Shown: positions 28,460-41,724 of the stretch, one piece after another
How positions within the stretch are numbered: position 1 is the stretch's first letter
How the letters are laid out: every line of letters starts with the position of its first letter
Assembly (NCBI GenBank): GCA_964016885.1
Contig: OZ024742.1
Span: 214,520,001 to 214,584,000 of the forward strand
Length of the DNA: 64,000 nucleotides
Origin: Eledone cirrhosa
Lineage: Eukaryota
Reading direction: 5' to 3'
Translations under genes and position numbers: made by a program
Notes under the pieces: generated by a model
The model's input: the letters and a program-made list of their open reading frames with translations, nothing else
Told to the model about the DNA's origin: nothing
Databases searched by the model: none

Positions 28460-28461
<2 letters not shown>
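28049..28461 (+). mobile_element. Hairpin-shaped PLE remnant (family of 63480-64000, related to 27218-27687)
   Basis: Inverted arms, central gaaagaactttgac half-HHR, and the same tail as 63480-63535. Confidence 0.8.
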
Positions 28462-28554
<93 letters not shown>

Positions 28555-28610
28555 CCTGGGAAAGTAAGAAATCGGAGAATAGACCGTTAAAACATGTTTA
28601 TTTAAAACAG

Positions 28611-28650
28611 CACCCACGTACGTTTCGCCCAGTTGGGCTTCTCAAGGGCA
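28611..28650 (-). ncRNA. Variant HHR (U3-A8 core UUGAGAA), cleavage triplet mutated to GUG
   Basis: ttgagaa gccc aact gggc gaaac gtac gtg; stem I is weak. Confidence 0.55.
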
Positions 28651-30449
28651 TAAATAATCAAAAGTGTTCCTTACATCGCTCGGAAAGAGTTTTTGGGGTC
28701 AAATCCACGTCAAGGTTCATTGCTCGCAAAAATAGCTTGTTTTGATTTTGCAGCAGATCAAGGGAGGTAACTCTGGTCGGTGTTAGGGCAGTCTTTCCCG
28801 GCCAAATTTTTTTATCCGCTACGAGATGAAATTACCATTGTCAATACGCATGTAATCAACGCTTATTTTGAGAGATTTTTTTTTTTTTTTGCTGCATCTG
28901 TTTGTCTGAGTCGTTTGAAACTGGGTCTGGTATGCAAGGAGAGTTTCCTGGGTGTTATTTTGCAGCGCCTAACCGACGGGGTGTTAAGACTTGTTGAAGG
29001 GAGATCCGGTGCACGGTTTCACTCCTCATCCTTAACCCATCTGAGGAAGGATATATTTTTAAGTGATGTGTACAACTTATCGCTGTTTCAGCTCTGCTGT
29101 TGATGAGCTCGTGGGGTGCAGTTATGATGTGTTAGAGCTCCATGAGGCAAAGATCGCATTTCCTCCTGAAGATGTACGGTGCAGCCCTGCCGACAATGTC
29201 CCAGTGCGTGGAGAAACTGATGTTTAAGTCCTTTAATGATCTGATGTAGTCCGCTAGCGAAGTGGAGTGTCTTAGTTTTTTTATTTGTGAAAGAGTGGAG
29301 ATGTGTTCGAAACCTAATTTTGAACGGGCCGGAGGTAGCCCCTATATAATGTTTAACGCTATTGTGGCTAGTTATAGTGCATCTATATATAACCCTATCA
29401 GTCAAGCAGTATCCTCTAAGGGGGCAGCGTCCTCTGTCGCAGCAGTTGCAATTTCTGTCGCGGTTTCGTCTATTTCCCACGGTAAGGTTATCATTGTTGC
29501 TGCCTACGTTGTTACCCACGCTACCGCAGCTTTCGTTAGCACCATTACAACCCACAGCACACGGGGCGGTGCGATTGTTATCCCGCACGTCATGTCCTGC
29601 ATGTTTGCCAGTCATTTCGCGGTTATGCTGGTTGCGTGTGCGGATGCCGTTGCCAACACTATTGGATGCTGCCAGGGAGTTGTTAAGGCCGATACAGTTA
29701 TTGTCAGGTGTAGGTGCGTCTGAGTCGAGCTGCTGTGTCTTGGTGATCTTACTGTCGTTCGTTGTTCCTATGATGTATGCTAGGTTGGGAGTAGTAGAGA
29801 AGGATATTTTTATATTGTTCCTATTAAGAATGTTTCTATACCTATGGTTGGGCGGGAAGTTCTTCTCTAAGGCTTCGAAGAACGTCCGGGGTATGTTGGA
29901 GGCCACACTCCGAGAGTAGGGGCGTGGAACCATAGGACGTTACGGTGACGATTACGTGTCCTTGTACGTTTGCTACGGGTGGTTCCAACTAGGTGACCGC
30001 TCTTATGTGTGTTAGTTCGCAGTCGCCCGTTCGGTGTCCCTTTCACTTTATGCTCGGGTGCACTCTTCTTCCTTCTTCCATGTTTATGTATAGGAATATG
30101 TTGGTTGGAAGGCGTTGGTAGTAGGCCGTCGCCCTTGTTGATTTTGTAATAGGGGAATAGTTCGAGTAATCTACAGTGGTCACCGTCGACGGGGTCGTGA
30201 TCTTTAGTGCAGTTATCTATTCTATTATATCCGACTTCAACGAGGTCGCCGCGTGATCGGTTATAGGTATGGCTTACAAAAAAATTTGTCCGGGAAAGAC
30301 TGGCCTAACAGAGTTAGCTCCCTTGACCTGTTGCAAAATCAAAACAAGCTATTTTTGTGAACCTTGTGAACCTATTTCAATGAACCTTGACGTGGATTTA
30401 ACCCCAAAACCTCTTTCCGAACAATGTAAGGAACACTTTTGATTATTTA

Positions 30450-30489
30450 TGCCCTTGAGAAGTCCAACTGGGCAAAACGTACGTAGGTG
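30450..30489 (+). ncRNA. Variant HHR (UUGAGAA), GAAA mutated to AAAA
   Basis: ttgagaa gtcc aact gggc aaaac gtac gta ggtg. Confidence 0.5.
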
Positions 30490-30705
30490 GTGTTTTAAAT
30501 AAACATGTTTTAACGGTCTATTCTCCGATTTCTTACTTTCCCACGTGCTTACGCTCTGCTAATTCTCTAGCCCACTAAATATTAACACTTCGAATATTTA
30601 ATACTGCCGGCACTAGTATCGAGCCCCTTTGACATTCGCTGCTTGCCAAATAACTATATGTATCACCTATCTTCCCCTTTTTTTCTCTCTCTCGATACGT
30701 AAATA

Positions 30706-30779
<74 letters not shown>

Positions 30780-31471
30780 TGTCTGTGTGTGCGTATGTAT
30801 CTGTATGTCAGATAGAAACATATAATATATTTAATAACCTTGTTAATAATCTGTAATAGGTAGATTGTAATATATGACGCTAAGAATATTATGATACAAT
30901 CTGCACACCTATCTATATACACATAACAGTGAATCTCTCTAATAATTATAGGTATAAGATGAACTGTCATGGTTATGTTACTTGCTCGTTTAGACGTCTA
31001 TTTATATCAGTAAACGCATTAAAACAGCGCTCTATAATTTATGAACTGAGTGTGGTATGTTTTGACCCGTAACTTCTGACTAATTCGAAGGGGAACCATA
31101 TTGACATACTACGCATTTTCCATCCTGGGGAGCCCATTTCATCTCCAGGCTTGAACAGAGCTGATATCTCCCAGAGAGTGATAAAGAGAATTGGGTGAAG
31201 ATATATAGAGGAAAAGGCAAACTTGATGTGACGCTGGATTTGAACAAAGAGAGGAAAGATACGGAACGAATAACATAAAGCACTCTATCCGGCGGCCTAA
31301 TGACCTTACCAATTCTTCACTTATTAAAGAATTCACCGTATATTGTATAATCTTAGATTTACGAACAAAAAAAAATCTAGAATACCTTTCAGCATGTGGC
31401 TGTTTGATGTGACCGGACATGACAATAAATAACAATATCCAAACGCATGCGGATAGATATGATTTAGGCAT

Positions 31472-33848
31472 ATCTACTTATATATATAACCAGCAATTTC
31501 TCTTTCTGTCTGTCCGACAGTGGAAACACGTGCGTAGAGAGAGAGTGAGAGTGAAAGAAAGAGACAGACTACGAGAGGAGGATAGCGAGAGGGAGAGAGA
31601 GTGAATAGACGCTAAAACACGTGCTACAGAAACATTACCTTCCCCTCTCCACTGACTTTGGTCACTGAGGCCGAGGGAATCGCTGGTTGCTATAGAGACA
31701 CCTTGCACAAGCCAGAATTAACCAGTTCGAAGCGGTTCTGACTTGACACCATGCGAAGAAGGTTGCCATTGAATTTGTGGTTGTTGCTGCTGATAATAAG
31801 GACCATTTGAAGAAGGTTGCTGCTGATGAGGTAATTTATTAATCAGATTGCGCAGTCCCATAACCTACGTTTAATTTGTTCAATTTTTTCTTCAATCTTT
31901 TTTAATTTTTTTTTTATTTCTTATTGAAAAAATATAAATAATAAAATAAGGTTAGAAATTTAAATACAATTAAATACGATTTAATTTCCATTTCCAGCAG
32001 CCAATGTCCAGTGTTCAATTTCATGAAAAAATTGGAAATAATTAAAAAAATTGAAGTTTAACCTTTGAACATTTGTTTTGACAATAAAAAAATATTTCCT
32101 TATTCATACCTAATGGTATGATTAAAATTTCATAGGAATATTTTTTTCTAACCGCCAGTTATTTATTTTCTCCTTTTTCGTTTTAAAATATATTTATTTC
32201 AAAGATTTCACCGTATAGATAACATATATATTTATACATGCATAAAAGACACACCGAGAGACGGTGAACATGTGGTGCCGAAAACATTTCTCATCCAAAT
32301 CTCATCAATATCAGTATATACACTAGATTTGCTAGCGGAGAACCGCCCACCGGGTGGTTTTCTGCTAGTCTCCTTATAATATATAACCAGCAATTTCTCT
32401 GTCTGTCAGTCCGACGCGTAGAGAGAGAGTGAGAGTGAAAGAAAGAGACAGACTACAAGAGGGGGATAGCGGGAGGGAGAGAGAGAGACGCTGGAAGAGG
32501 GGAATGAAAGCTATGTCTTGCTGTCTGCATTACGGTACATATATATATACACACACACACTGAGCGCGTCATAATGACCTAATGCAAACAGCCATACATA
32601 CAGACAGATATTATAAGGGCGCAACGTTGTATATATATGTATCTATCTAAAAAGAAAGACTTAGAATTATATAGAGAGAACGCTAAATCGCCTAATGCGG
32701 TCCCTAGGGCATTGACAATTTGAAATAATGTTTGCTCAAAACACTCACAGAACCCTAAGTATTACATGTATAAAGTTTGAAAACAATCGGTTGGATGGTT
32801 CTCAAGTTTTAGTGAGCTCACAGACAGACAGACAGACATTCTCTGTTTTAGATATATAGACTAGCAGAAAAACCGCCCCGGTTGGTTTTCTGCTAGTCTA
32901 TATATATAAAACTAAGGATGTCTGTCTGTGTGTCTGTGTGAGTTTGAATCCCTAAAACTCGAGAACCACCCAACCCACTGTTTTCAAACTTAACACATGT
33001 AATACATATGTTTCACGGAGTGTTCTGAGCAAAACAAAGTTCAAATTTTCAATGCCCTAGGGACAGCATTAGGCGATTTAGCGATCTCTCTCTATAATTC
33101 TTAGTCTTTCTCTTTTTAGATAGATACATACATATAACGTCGTGCCCTTATAATATATGTTTGTATGTCTGACTGTCTGTATTACGTCACTTCCCTGAAG
33201 ATGTCTGTGTGTGTGGATGTGTGTGTGTCTGTGTGTCTGTGTGTGTCTGTGAGTTTGAATCCCTAAAACTCGAGAAATACCCAACCGACATTTTAAAAAC
33301 TTTACATGTGTATTACGTATGTTTCAGGGAGTGTTATGCACATAAACAATTCAACTTTTTGATCCCCTAGAGTCCGCATTAGTTGAAAAACTGAGTTTTT
33401 TCAGGTTTTTAGGGTTCTTTTGAGTCGTTACGTCAGACTGATTTCCTTGAAATTGTAACTATGTATTAGTCAGTCTCTTCTTCATACCGTGAGCATAGAC
33501 AATCCAACTTTTTAATGGCCTAGGGCCCGTATTAGGTGAAAAATCTCATTTTTCAGCTTTTTAGGGCTTTTTTGAGGCGTTACGTCTAGCCGATTTTCCC
33601 GAAATTTCAAGGCATATTATGCACATAAAAAAATTCATTTTCTTGATCCTCTAGGGCCCGCATTATGTGAAAACCTGCATTTTTCCTGCTTCATCGAAGA
33701 AAATCTTAAAGATTATCCAGCCATCAGAGTATTCGGTTTATTTCCTTTACATATTGTCCAGACCTGACGTTATTCCTCGATTAGGTCTGTTGGCGGCTCG
33801 CTTTCCAAAATACCAATCCCGCGCAACGCCCGGTACCACTGACAGTTA
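31472..33848. mobile_element. Cluster of non-autonomous Helitron-like elements
   Basis: 5' ends TC(TA)n...TGTCTGTC at about 31472(+), 32368(+), 32860(-) and 32897(+). 3' hairpin + CTAG at 32329-32368 and 32860-32897, and a degenerate one at 33818-33848. Confidence 0.7.
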
Positions 33849-34740
33849 TATATAAAAACACAAACAAAGGGTACCTATATTTCCGGATGATTCATCTTAC
33901 CTCCATAGTAGGAAAATTGTATTCAGTAAAATTGAAGTATTCGTTATGAATTTCTGGGACTTTTATTGCATATAAAATATTAACTTCATATTCGTTCAAT
34001 ATTTAATAACTAAGCATTACCACTAAGAATTTAACGTCTGAAAAACCAAACACAGAGGTTCATATGTTTTCATATGATATCCTAACCATATCAGATGACA
34101 TTACATTAACATATAACCTAATATTTTAGTCAGAAAATGAGATGCAAAAATGTAGTACTTGGTATTCAATGCACAAATAGAGGATAATGTTATGATGACT
34201 GCAAAATCATTAACTGTATACCTATTCAATTAGGCTTTAAGTAGGTTTCAACAAAACTATGCCCCTAGAGTCGCAGTAATATTTAGCATTTTACATCATA
34301 TAGACATATATTTCAAATCTGTGAATTTCTGACAATCTTGAAAATGGTAGTTCTGATTCGAACAAACAAGTATTCTATGGGGAAATACATAATCTGATGT
34401 ATCCAATAGCAATTAGGCTACGCATTTTCAGCTCACAGTATTGAAAGCAAGAAAAAAAAAGAGAAATAATAATAATAATAATGAGACAGGTTGTAAAATC
34501 TTAGAAACGTCGATATACCGGGAACATGGGGAATTATTTATATGAAATTGTAATTCTATTTGAATAGAAGACTCATTAGAAAATATGAGAAAAAACGTAT
34601 TCTATTGAATTGAGAAATCCTGATTAATACTGTTTTTAGTACATTCAGTTTCCCCTCTCTGACTCATTTTCCCTCCAATATCTTTCACTCTCACTCTTTC
34701 CTTTTCTCATGGTCTTTGTCATTATCTATGTCCCTCCTCA

Positions 34741-34842
<102 letters not shown>

Positions 34843-34843
34843 G

Positions 34844-34906
<63 letters not shown>

Positions 34907-35030
34907 GGAAGGCGTCTGCCTGGTGGTTAGAGAATTGATATCACAATCTTGAGGTTGTGAGTTCGATCCATGGACCGGGCGATGCGTTATGTCCTTGAGC
35001 AAGACAATTTATTTCACGTTGCTCCTTCTA
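34907..35030 (+). mobile_element. Second tRNA-derived SINE family (CORE-like central segment), partial
   Basis: A-box-like tgcctggtggt, B box gagttcgatcc, then tgtccttgagcaagaca.tttatttcac. Confidence 0.65.
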
Positions 35031-35631
35031 CCTTGCGACGGAAAGATAGTACTAGCAACTGGAAAGACCGACGAAAAACATGTTTCCTCAGTCCGATTTG
35101 ACGAATGTCGATCGATATATATATATATATATTTATATATGTGTGTGTGTGTGTGTGTGTGTATACATACATACACATAAATACATACATATATATACAT
35201 AGTGGAGAACCTATTCGTGTAGATAAATACGTATATATGCTTGTATATATACATGTGGGAGTGTGTGTGTGTAAGCACATGTGTGTACGTATATAATGAT
35301 AAAGAGATGTATGAACATAGAAAAGACATTCAGACACATCGTCAGGGAAATAAATTGGTAAATATGAAAATAGGGGTATATAGATAGATAATAATGGGAA
35401 GGCAGAGAGACATATATGAATACATAGAAGATTGAGAAATAGATCGTTCCCTTATAACATTTTAAGAATGTACATTTGAAAGGGTTATACATTCGAGGTT
35501 GTAACGATTATTTGGTAATTGTGAAACGATAAATTGCGAATTTCTCTCTCGGAAATTACAGTATGTTGTATGTCATCTTTAGATGAAGAATTACCAACAT
35601 TAATATATTTCTAAAATATATCTCGTATATA

Positions 35632-35692
<61 letters not shown>

Positions 35693-35697
<5 letters not shown>

Positions 35698-36126
35698 GAA
35701 AATGTTCGCCCTACATGGCTGAATACGATAAATGTAATCTGAACTTTTCAAATATTAACAATAACATTCGATTCGTTTGCAATATATTCTATTTTCTAAA
35801 TTATACAGTGACTGATCGGCTTGATTTGCATATTAGCAGAATGGCTAATCAGTTAGATCTGCATATTAGCAGATTCACTGATCAGCCAGATTTGCATATC
35901 AGCTGATTTGCCAGTCAGTTTCCTGTATACGAGCGATAAATGGCCGGCTTTGCCAAATTCAAATAAAAAAAAACAACATTAGTGTCTGCAGTTCTGTTTA
36001 CATGCCAACACAAGAGCAATAATGAAGAGTTCATTCTACTGATATGGCAACAACAATGAGACTTGTCTGCATAATTGCAAACGAATCGAATGTTAGTATT
36101 AATATTCGAAAAATTCAGATTACATA
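35693..36126. mobile_element. (TA)n-embedded element with asymmetric inverted arms (PLE-like architecture)
   Basis: Inverted repeat about 35732-35783/36074-36125, with an internal 3x33-bp repeat. Confidence 0.5.
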
Positions 36127-36150
36127 TAATATATCTTTATACACACACAA

Positions 36151-36181
<31 letters not shown>

Positions 36182-36188
36182 CACACGC

Positions 36189-36256
<68 letters not shown>

Positions 36257-36409
36257 ATAAATGCTCTGAAATAGCGATATATATGTGAATATAGACATAG
36301 AATATTCGAAAATATTCTGTATGTTTATAATAAACATTTTGAAGACCTAATCGCTATAGAATAGAATACGTCACGTATTACAATTAGATTCTCGATAAAA
36401 GCAAGGGAA

Positions 36410-36452
36410 GTAATCTACGCGTTTCATTCTTGTTAGAAATCATCAGGACTAC
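36410..36452 (-). ncRNA. Minimal type I hammerhead ribozyme
   Basis: gtagtc ctgatga tttctaacaagaat gaaac gc gta gattac: 6-bp stem I, palindromic stem III acgcgt, GUA triplet. Confidence 0.9.
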
Positions 36453-36719
36453 ATATCCAGTGCTTTTATCGAGAATGACACAGCTAGAGACTTATAGAAT
36501 ACTTAGCTGTGTACAGGAACTGGTTTGAAAGAGCGGTTGCCGGTCCGGCAGAAATTAGAAATTGGAATAAATGCTCTGAAATAGCGATATATATGTGAAT
36601 ATAGACATAGAATATTCGAAAATATTCTGTATGTTTATAATAAACATTTTGAAGACCTAATCGCTATAGAATAGAATACGTCACGTATTACAATTAGATT
36701 CTCGATAAAAGCAAGGGAA

Positions 36720-36762
36720 GTAATCTACGCGTTTCATTCTTGTTAGAAATCATCAGGACTAC
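36720..36762 (-). ncRNA. Minimal type I hammerhead ribozyme (copy 2)
   Basis: Identical to 36410-36452, offset by 310 bp. Confidence 0.9.
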
Positions 36763-37077
36763 ATATCCAGTGCTTTTATCGAGAATGACACAGCTAGAGA
36801 CTTATAGAATACTTAGCTGTGTACAGGAACTGGTTTGAAAGAGCGGTTGCCGGTCCGGCAGAAATTAGAAATTGGAATAAATGCTCTGAAATAGCGATAT
36901 ATATGTGAATATAGACATAGAATATTCGAAAATATTCTGTATGTTTATAATAAACATTTTGAAGACCTAATCGCTTTTATCGAGAATCTAATTGTAATAC
37001 GTGACGTATTCTATTCTATAGCGATTAGGTCTTCAAAATGTTTATTATAAACATACAGAATATTTTCGAATATTCTA

Positions 37078-37119
<42 letters not shown>

Positions 37120-37123
<4 letters not shown>

Positions 37124-37367
37124 GTATAAAATCAATACAATATAATTACCTCATTACCAGAGGTTTCCCGAATGAGGCGAATACGAAATAAACGACTTCA
37201 TTCGTTCGTGAAGTCGTTTATTTCGTATTCGCCTCATTCGGGAAACCTCTGGTAATGAGGTAATTATATTGTATTGATTTTATACATTAAATTTTGCTCT
37301 GATACTTACATAGAGCACTCTTCATTTCTTTGACCTTTTCTGTTTCCAACGGAAATTTCAATACTTA
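37120..37367 (+). mobile_element. Hairpin-shaped PLE-like remnant (arms of about 80 bp + tail)
   Basis: Perfect inverted repeat 37120-37200/37209-37289; gaaac ctctg gta half-HHR; (TA)n flanks. Confidence 0.7.
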
Positions 37368-38718
37368 TATATATATATATAAATTAAAATGTTCGCTCCG
37401 ATATAGCTGTTTATATATATATGTATGTGTATTTATATATCTAGCGAAATACGGCATGTGTATGAATAAACATTTGAGAGCCTTAGCTGATAGCTAGCGC
37501 CATTAGGTGGATTCCAGCAAAAGCAGAAGTGGGCAGTCTGCCAACAGTCGCCTGTTTCAGACTGTGGTCGTTATCAAGAGCGAACATATTAATAACCTTT
37601 TAAACATATTCTTCCCTTTTTTAACTAGCATTGAAATGTAACTACAAATATCTAGATAATATTTCAGAAACACATTTCAAACTTTCTCAGGTTCATCTCA
37701 CTATTAACTAGATCAAAGTAAACGTTACTATGTCTTGCCCAAAAAATATTTGTATCATTTTTATGAGACCCGAGTCTTTGACTAAAGCAGCCCCCAAAAA
37801 TGAAGGACTAATTGCCACGCTAACATTACTGTTCATAGAAAGAAATATCCGCGAAGAAAGCAATTGTGTATGCAACTATTTCCCACTAGCATAAACTAGA
37901 AGAAACGTGATATGAATATGTGAAATAACAGCTTGAAGAAACTTTTTCTTGTTTATATACACCACATGTAATGGGGGGAAAAAGTCATATCCTTATAAAC
38001 ATATCTACATGGAAATAAATATTTCAATATAGATAATTTTGCTGTATAATGATCAAGAATAGGATAATGTAATCTCAATTCTGCACCACCCACAAATGTT
38101 AATTATGAACTCGGCTATACGAGATGGCTCAAGAGAAAAATATATTTTAAGTGTATGTCGTTACGAAAATAATTTCTAGAAGGTATTTCAGTAATCAAAT
38201 TGGCTGAGATTGATCCACCAAATACGCAAAATGTTTGGTAATTGAAGACGTACACAATCTCTGTGCGTTAAATATCACGAATAGATCTGTAATATATTTT
38301 GTTGCAATCATGAATGATATTTTCTCTGAAATACCATGTTCCAAATATTCTTGAGCTAAGAACAAAGATAATCAAAATAAACTGACATTGTTTAAAATGT
38401 TTTATATTTCTTCCTTACTACAATAAATGCAGTGTATACTTTTCTACACGGATTGAATGGGCATGATCATCTAAATAAATCCATGGAATTTAGGGAAGGG
38501 AAATCAGATGTAGAGTAATGGAATTGTCCCCAGTTATATAGGTGACACATTTTAATTTAGACTCTTAATCACATAATACTTATATTCTTCCGATATTGTA
38601 AAATATTATGGTGTAACATCAGCGCACATTAAATATTCCTATTATGGTCTTGTTTGATTTGAATTAAGGAATAAATTCAGGGAAATGTATATTTCAATTA
38701 TTATTTCAGTTACATTAT

Positions 38719-38903
38719 GGCGGTGGATTGGCAGTATCGGTAGAGGGTCGGACGCCATGCTTTCCAGCATAGTTACGTCCCTTTACGATCTGAGTTCAAA
38801 TCCCGCCGAGGTTGACTTTGCCTTTCATCCTTACGGGGTCGATAAAATAAAGTACCAGTGATGCACTGGGTAATTGCTGGCCTTGTGCCTGAAGTAGAAA
38901 CAA
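38719..38903 (+). mobile_element. tRNA-derived SINE with TSD of about 18 bp
   Basis: A box tggcagtatcgg, B box gagttcaaatccc, TSD ttatttcagttacattat. Confidence 0.92.
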
Positions 38904-39468
38904 TTATTTCAGTTACATTATAGAATCCAGAATGTTCAGTCACAATGGCTGAAGTGATTTAACTGGGCTTTTCAGTGATACAATGATTTTATTTCCAAAG
39001 CAACTTGCTCTTGAGATTTATTTATATATGTATTTCTTAAAAGTCACAATGGAATTATTTCAAATATAAGTAATAATCTTCAGATATTTAACTTCCTGTC
39101 TGGAATACAGTGGAGAGGATTTTTACTGATAAAACTGTTCATTGTGATGCACAGATAACTAAAAATATAATTAACTGAAAATAATTAATACATTTTCATG
39201 TGTATAAATGGAATGCGTCGATGAACTTTCGGTAGTTTTAAATACTGGACATTTGTGAAATACTGAAAGCATTTTTCACAATTCTAATTCGTGAATCATT
39301 CTTCCTTTCCTTAAAAGTTTACAATGTTAGATGTGCAACCTGTCGTTAAGATAGTTTCGATTGCCACCTCTCTATTTAGACCATACCACATTGAAATTGA
39401 GGATTATTTGCATATTTTGCTGCGCCTTTGATTTTCTTCTTCAATTCTCTCTCGCTCTCTCTCATACA

Positions 39469-39567
<99 letters not shown>

Positions 39568-39660
39568 CTCTCTCTCTCTCTATATATATATATATTCGTA
39601 CCTTTTATTAGCCTGTGCCGAAGGAAGTGAACCGGGAAAATCAGTTCAATTCCATCGGCG

Positions 39661-39708
39661 CAGGTTGTGCAAATCCCCCCCCCCCGGCTAACGAAACGTA
39701 CGTTCCTG
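39661..39708 (+). ncRNA. Possible decayed HHR
   Basis: cagg ttgtgca ... gaaac gtac gtt cctg. Stems I and III fit, but the core and stem II are degenerate. Confidence 0.35.
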
Positions 39709-40063
39709 GTGTGCCGCCCCTCTTTGCAACTAGTCTCCCCAACTTTATATACATATTTATATTTGGGAATACTCGTTGTGTCAATTAAAAACACGCAGTA
39801 TTCTATGTTCACTTCAGCTTTATAATTTGTTGTTAGTTAGTTCGTCAATTCTGTAAATAGCATACACTAAAACATATGCGGCTTGTATATAAATTAGATA
39901 TAAGCGAACATGTAATGTAAAAGAATATACTCATTGGCATATATTTTCCAAACATGGACACATAAAATATATGAAAATGTGCATGTACAATCACGTACCC
40001 CATGAGGGGGGAGTAAACGCATACACACACACGCACACATATACATATACTATCTATATATAA

Positions 40064-40104
<41 letters not shown>

Positions 40105-40109
40105 TGAAG

Positions 40110-40214
<105 letters not shown>

Positions 40215-40251
40215 AATATATATATATACAATACACATACATATACATGCA

Positions 40252-40316
<65 letters not shown>

Positions 40317-40445
40317 ATGTATATGTGTGTGTATTGTATATATATAAAGATTTGTTTCCATATACAAGAAAATAACAATTATTTACCATTTAATAGCAAA
40401 TAATGTTCTGAAATAAAAATTTTCCTATATATATATGGAAATGTT

Positions 40446-40495
<50 letters not shown>

Positions 40496-40824
40496 AAATG
40501 TTTATTTCAGAACCTTATTTGCGATTAAAGGTAAATAATTGTTATTTTCTTGTATATTGAAACAAATTTAGGAAACAAAAATCAAATAAACACAAATAAG
40601 AAAAAAACACACAATTAAAATAGATAAGTTGATGCATAAATAAACAAAGAACATGAATATTGCATTAGTAGTTCTCCGTGAATTATATTCCTAATACACA
40701 AATATATAAAAACTAGGTAAATTAATATTTATTTTCCCACTTCATAGTGTTATTTTCAATTGGAAACTGATTCATTTGAATGTCATTAACAAACAAACAT
40801 GCATATTATATATATATATATATT

Positions 40825-41548
40825 CGTGGGAAAGTAAAAAATCGGCGAATAGACCGTTAAAACATGTTTATTTAAAACAGCACCTACGTACGTTTCGCCC
40901 AGTTGGGCTTCTCAAGGCCATAAATAATCACAAGTGTTCCTTATATTGCTCGGAAAGAGTTTTGGGGGTTAAATCCACATCAAGGTTCATTGCTCGCAAA
41001 AATATCTTGTTTTGATTTTGCAGCAGGTCAAGGGAGGTAACTCTGGCCGGTGTTAGGGCAGTCTTTCCCGGACAATTTTTTTTTTTTTTGCCGCATCCGT
41101 TTGTCTGAGGCTGGGTCTGGTATGCAAGGATTGTTTCCTGGGTGTTATTTTGCAGTGCCTGCCCGCCGGGGTGTTAAGACTTGTTGCAGTGAGATCCAGT
41201 GTACTGTTTCACTCTTCATCCTTAACCCATTTTGTCAGATGGAAGGCCTACCACCTGGATAAGAACACCCGTAACCTTCCTGAACCCAAAGAGAGGTATG
41301 GCTTCAAAACATACAGAAACCCACCGCACAACACCTTACTGAACTCCTTTTTTAACGGTCTATTCTCCGATTTTTTACTTTCCCACGTGCTTACGCTCTG
41401 CTAACTCTCTAGCCCACTAAATATTAACACTTCGAATATTTAATACTGCCGGTACTAGTATCGAGCACCTTTGGCATACGCTACTTGGCAAATAACTATA
41501 TGTATCACCTATCCCCCCTTTTTTTCCTCTTTCTCGATACGTAAATAC

Positions 41549-41550
<2 letters not shown>
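40825..41550. mobile_element. Internally deleted copy of the 28557-30708 PLE family
   Basis: Same inverted pLTR and tail. 41231-41350 encodes RWKAYHLDK...YGFKTYRNPPHNTLLNS, the Naiad N-terminus. Confidence 0.85.
40881..40920 (-). ncRNA. Variant HHR (U3-A8 core UUGAGAA)
   Basis: gcc ttgagaa gccc aact gggc gaaac gtac gta ggt; palindromic stem III, GUA triplet. Confidence 0.65.
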
Positions 41551-41602
<52 letters not shown>

Positions 41603-41627
41603 CACATATATATACATATACATACAT

Positions 41628-41695
<68 letters not shown>

Positions 41696-41724
41696 CGCGT
41701 TCTTGAGACTAGTAAAATGAGGTA

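Larger units (their letters stand above)
28557..30708. mobile_element. Naiad-type PLE insertion: long inverted segment with GIY-YIG ORF (minus strand) + plus-strand pLTR and tail
   Basis: ORF 29088-29933(-): PYSRSVASNI...NFPPNHRY...IKISFSTTPN...CNCCDRGRCPLRGYCL...HYIGATSGPFKIRFRTH. Arms 28557-28810/30278-30544. (TA)n flanks. Confidence 0.9.
36251..37084 (-). mobile_element. Retrozyme-like tandem array: 2.3 x 310-bp units + inverted terminal segment
   Basis: Units start at 36251, 36561 and 36871. 36973-37084 is the reverse complement of about 36291-36402. One HHR per full unit, no ORF, (TA)n flanks. Confidence 0.9.
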
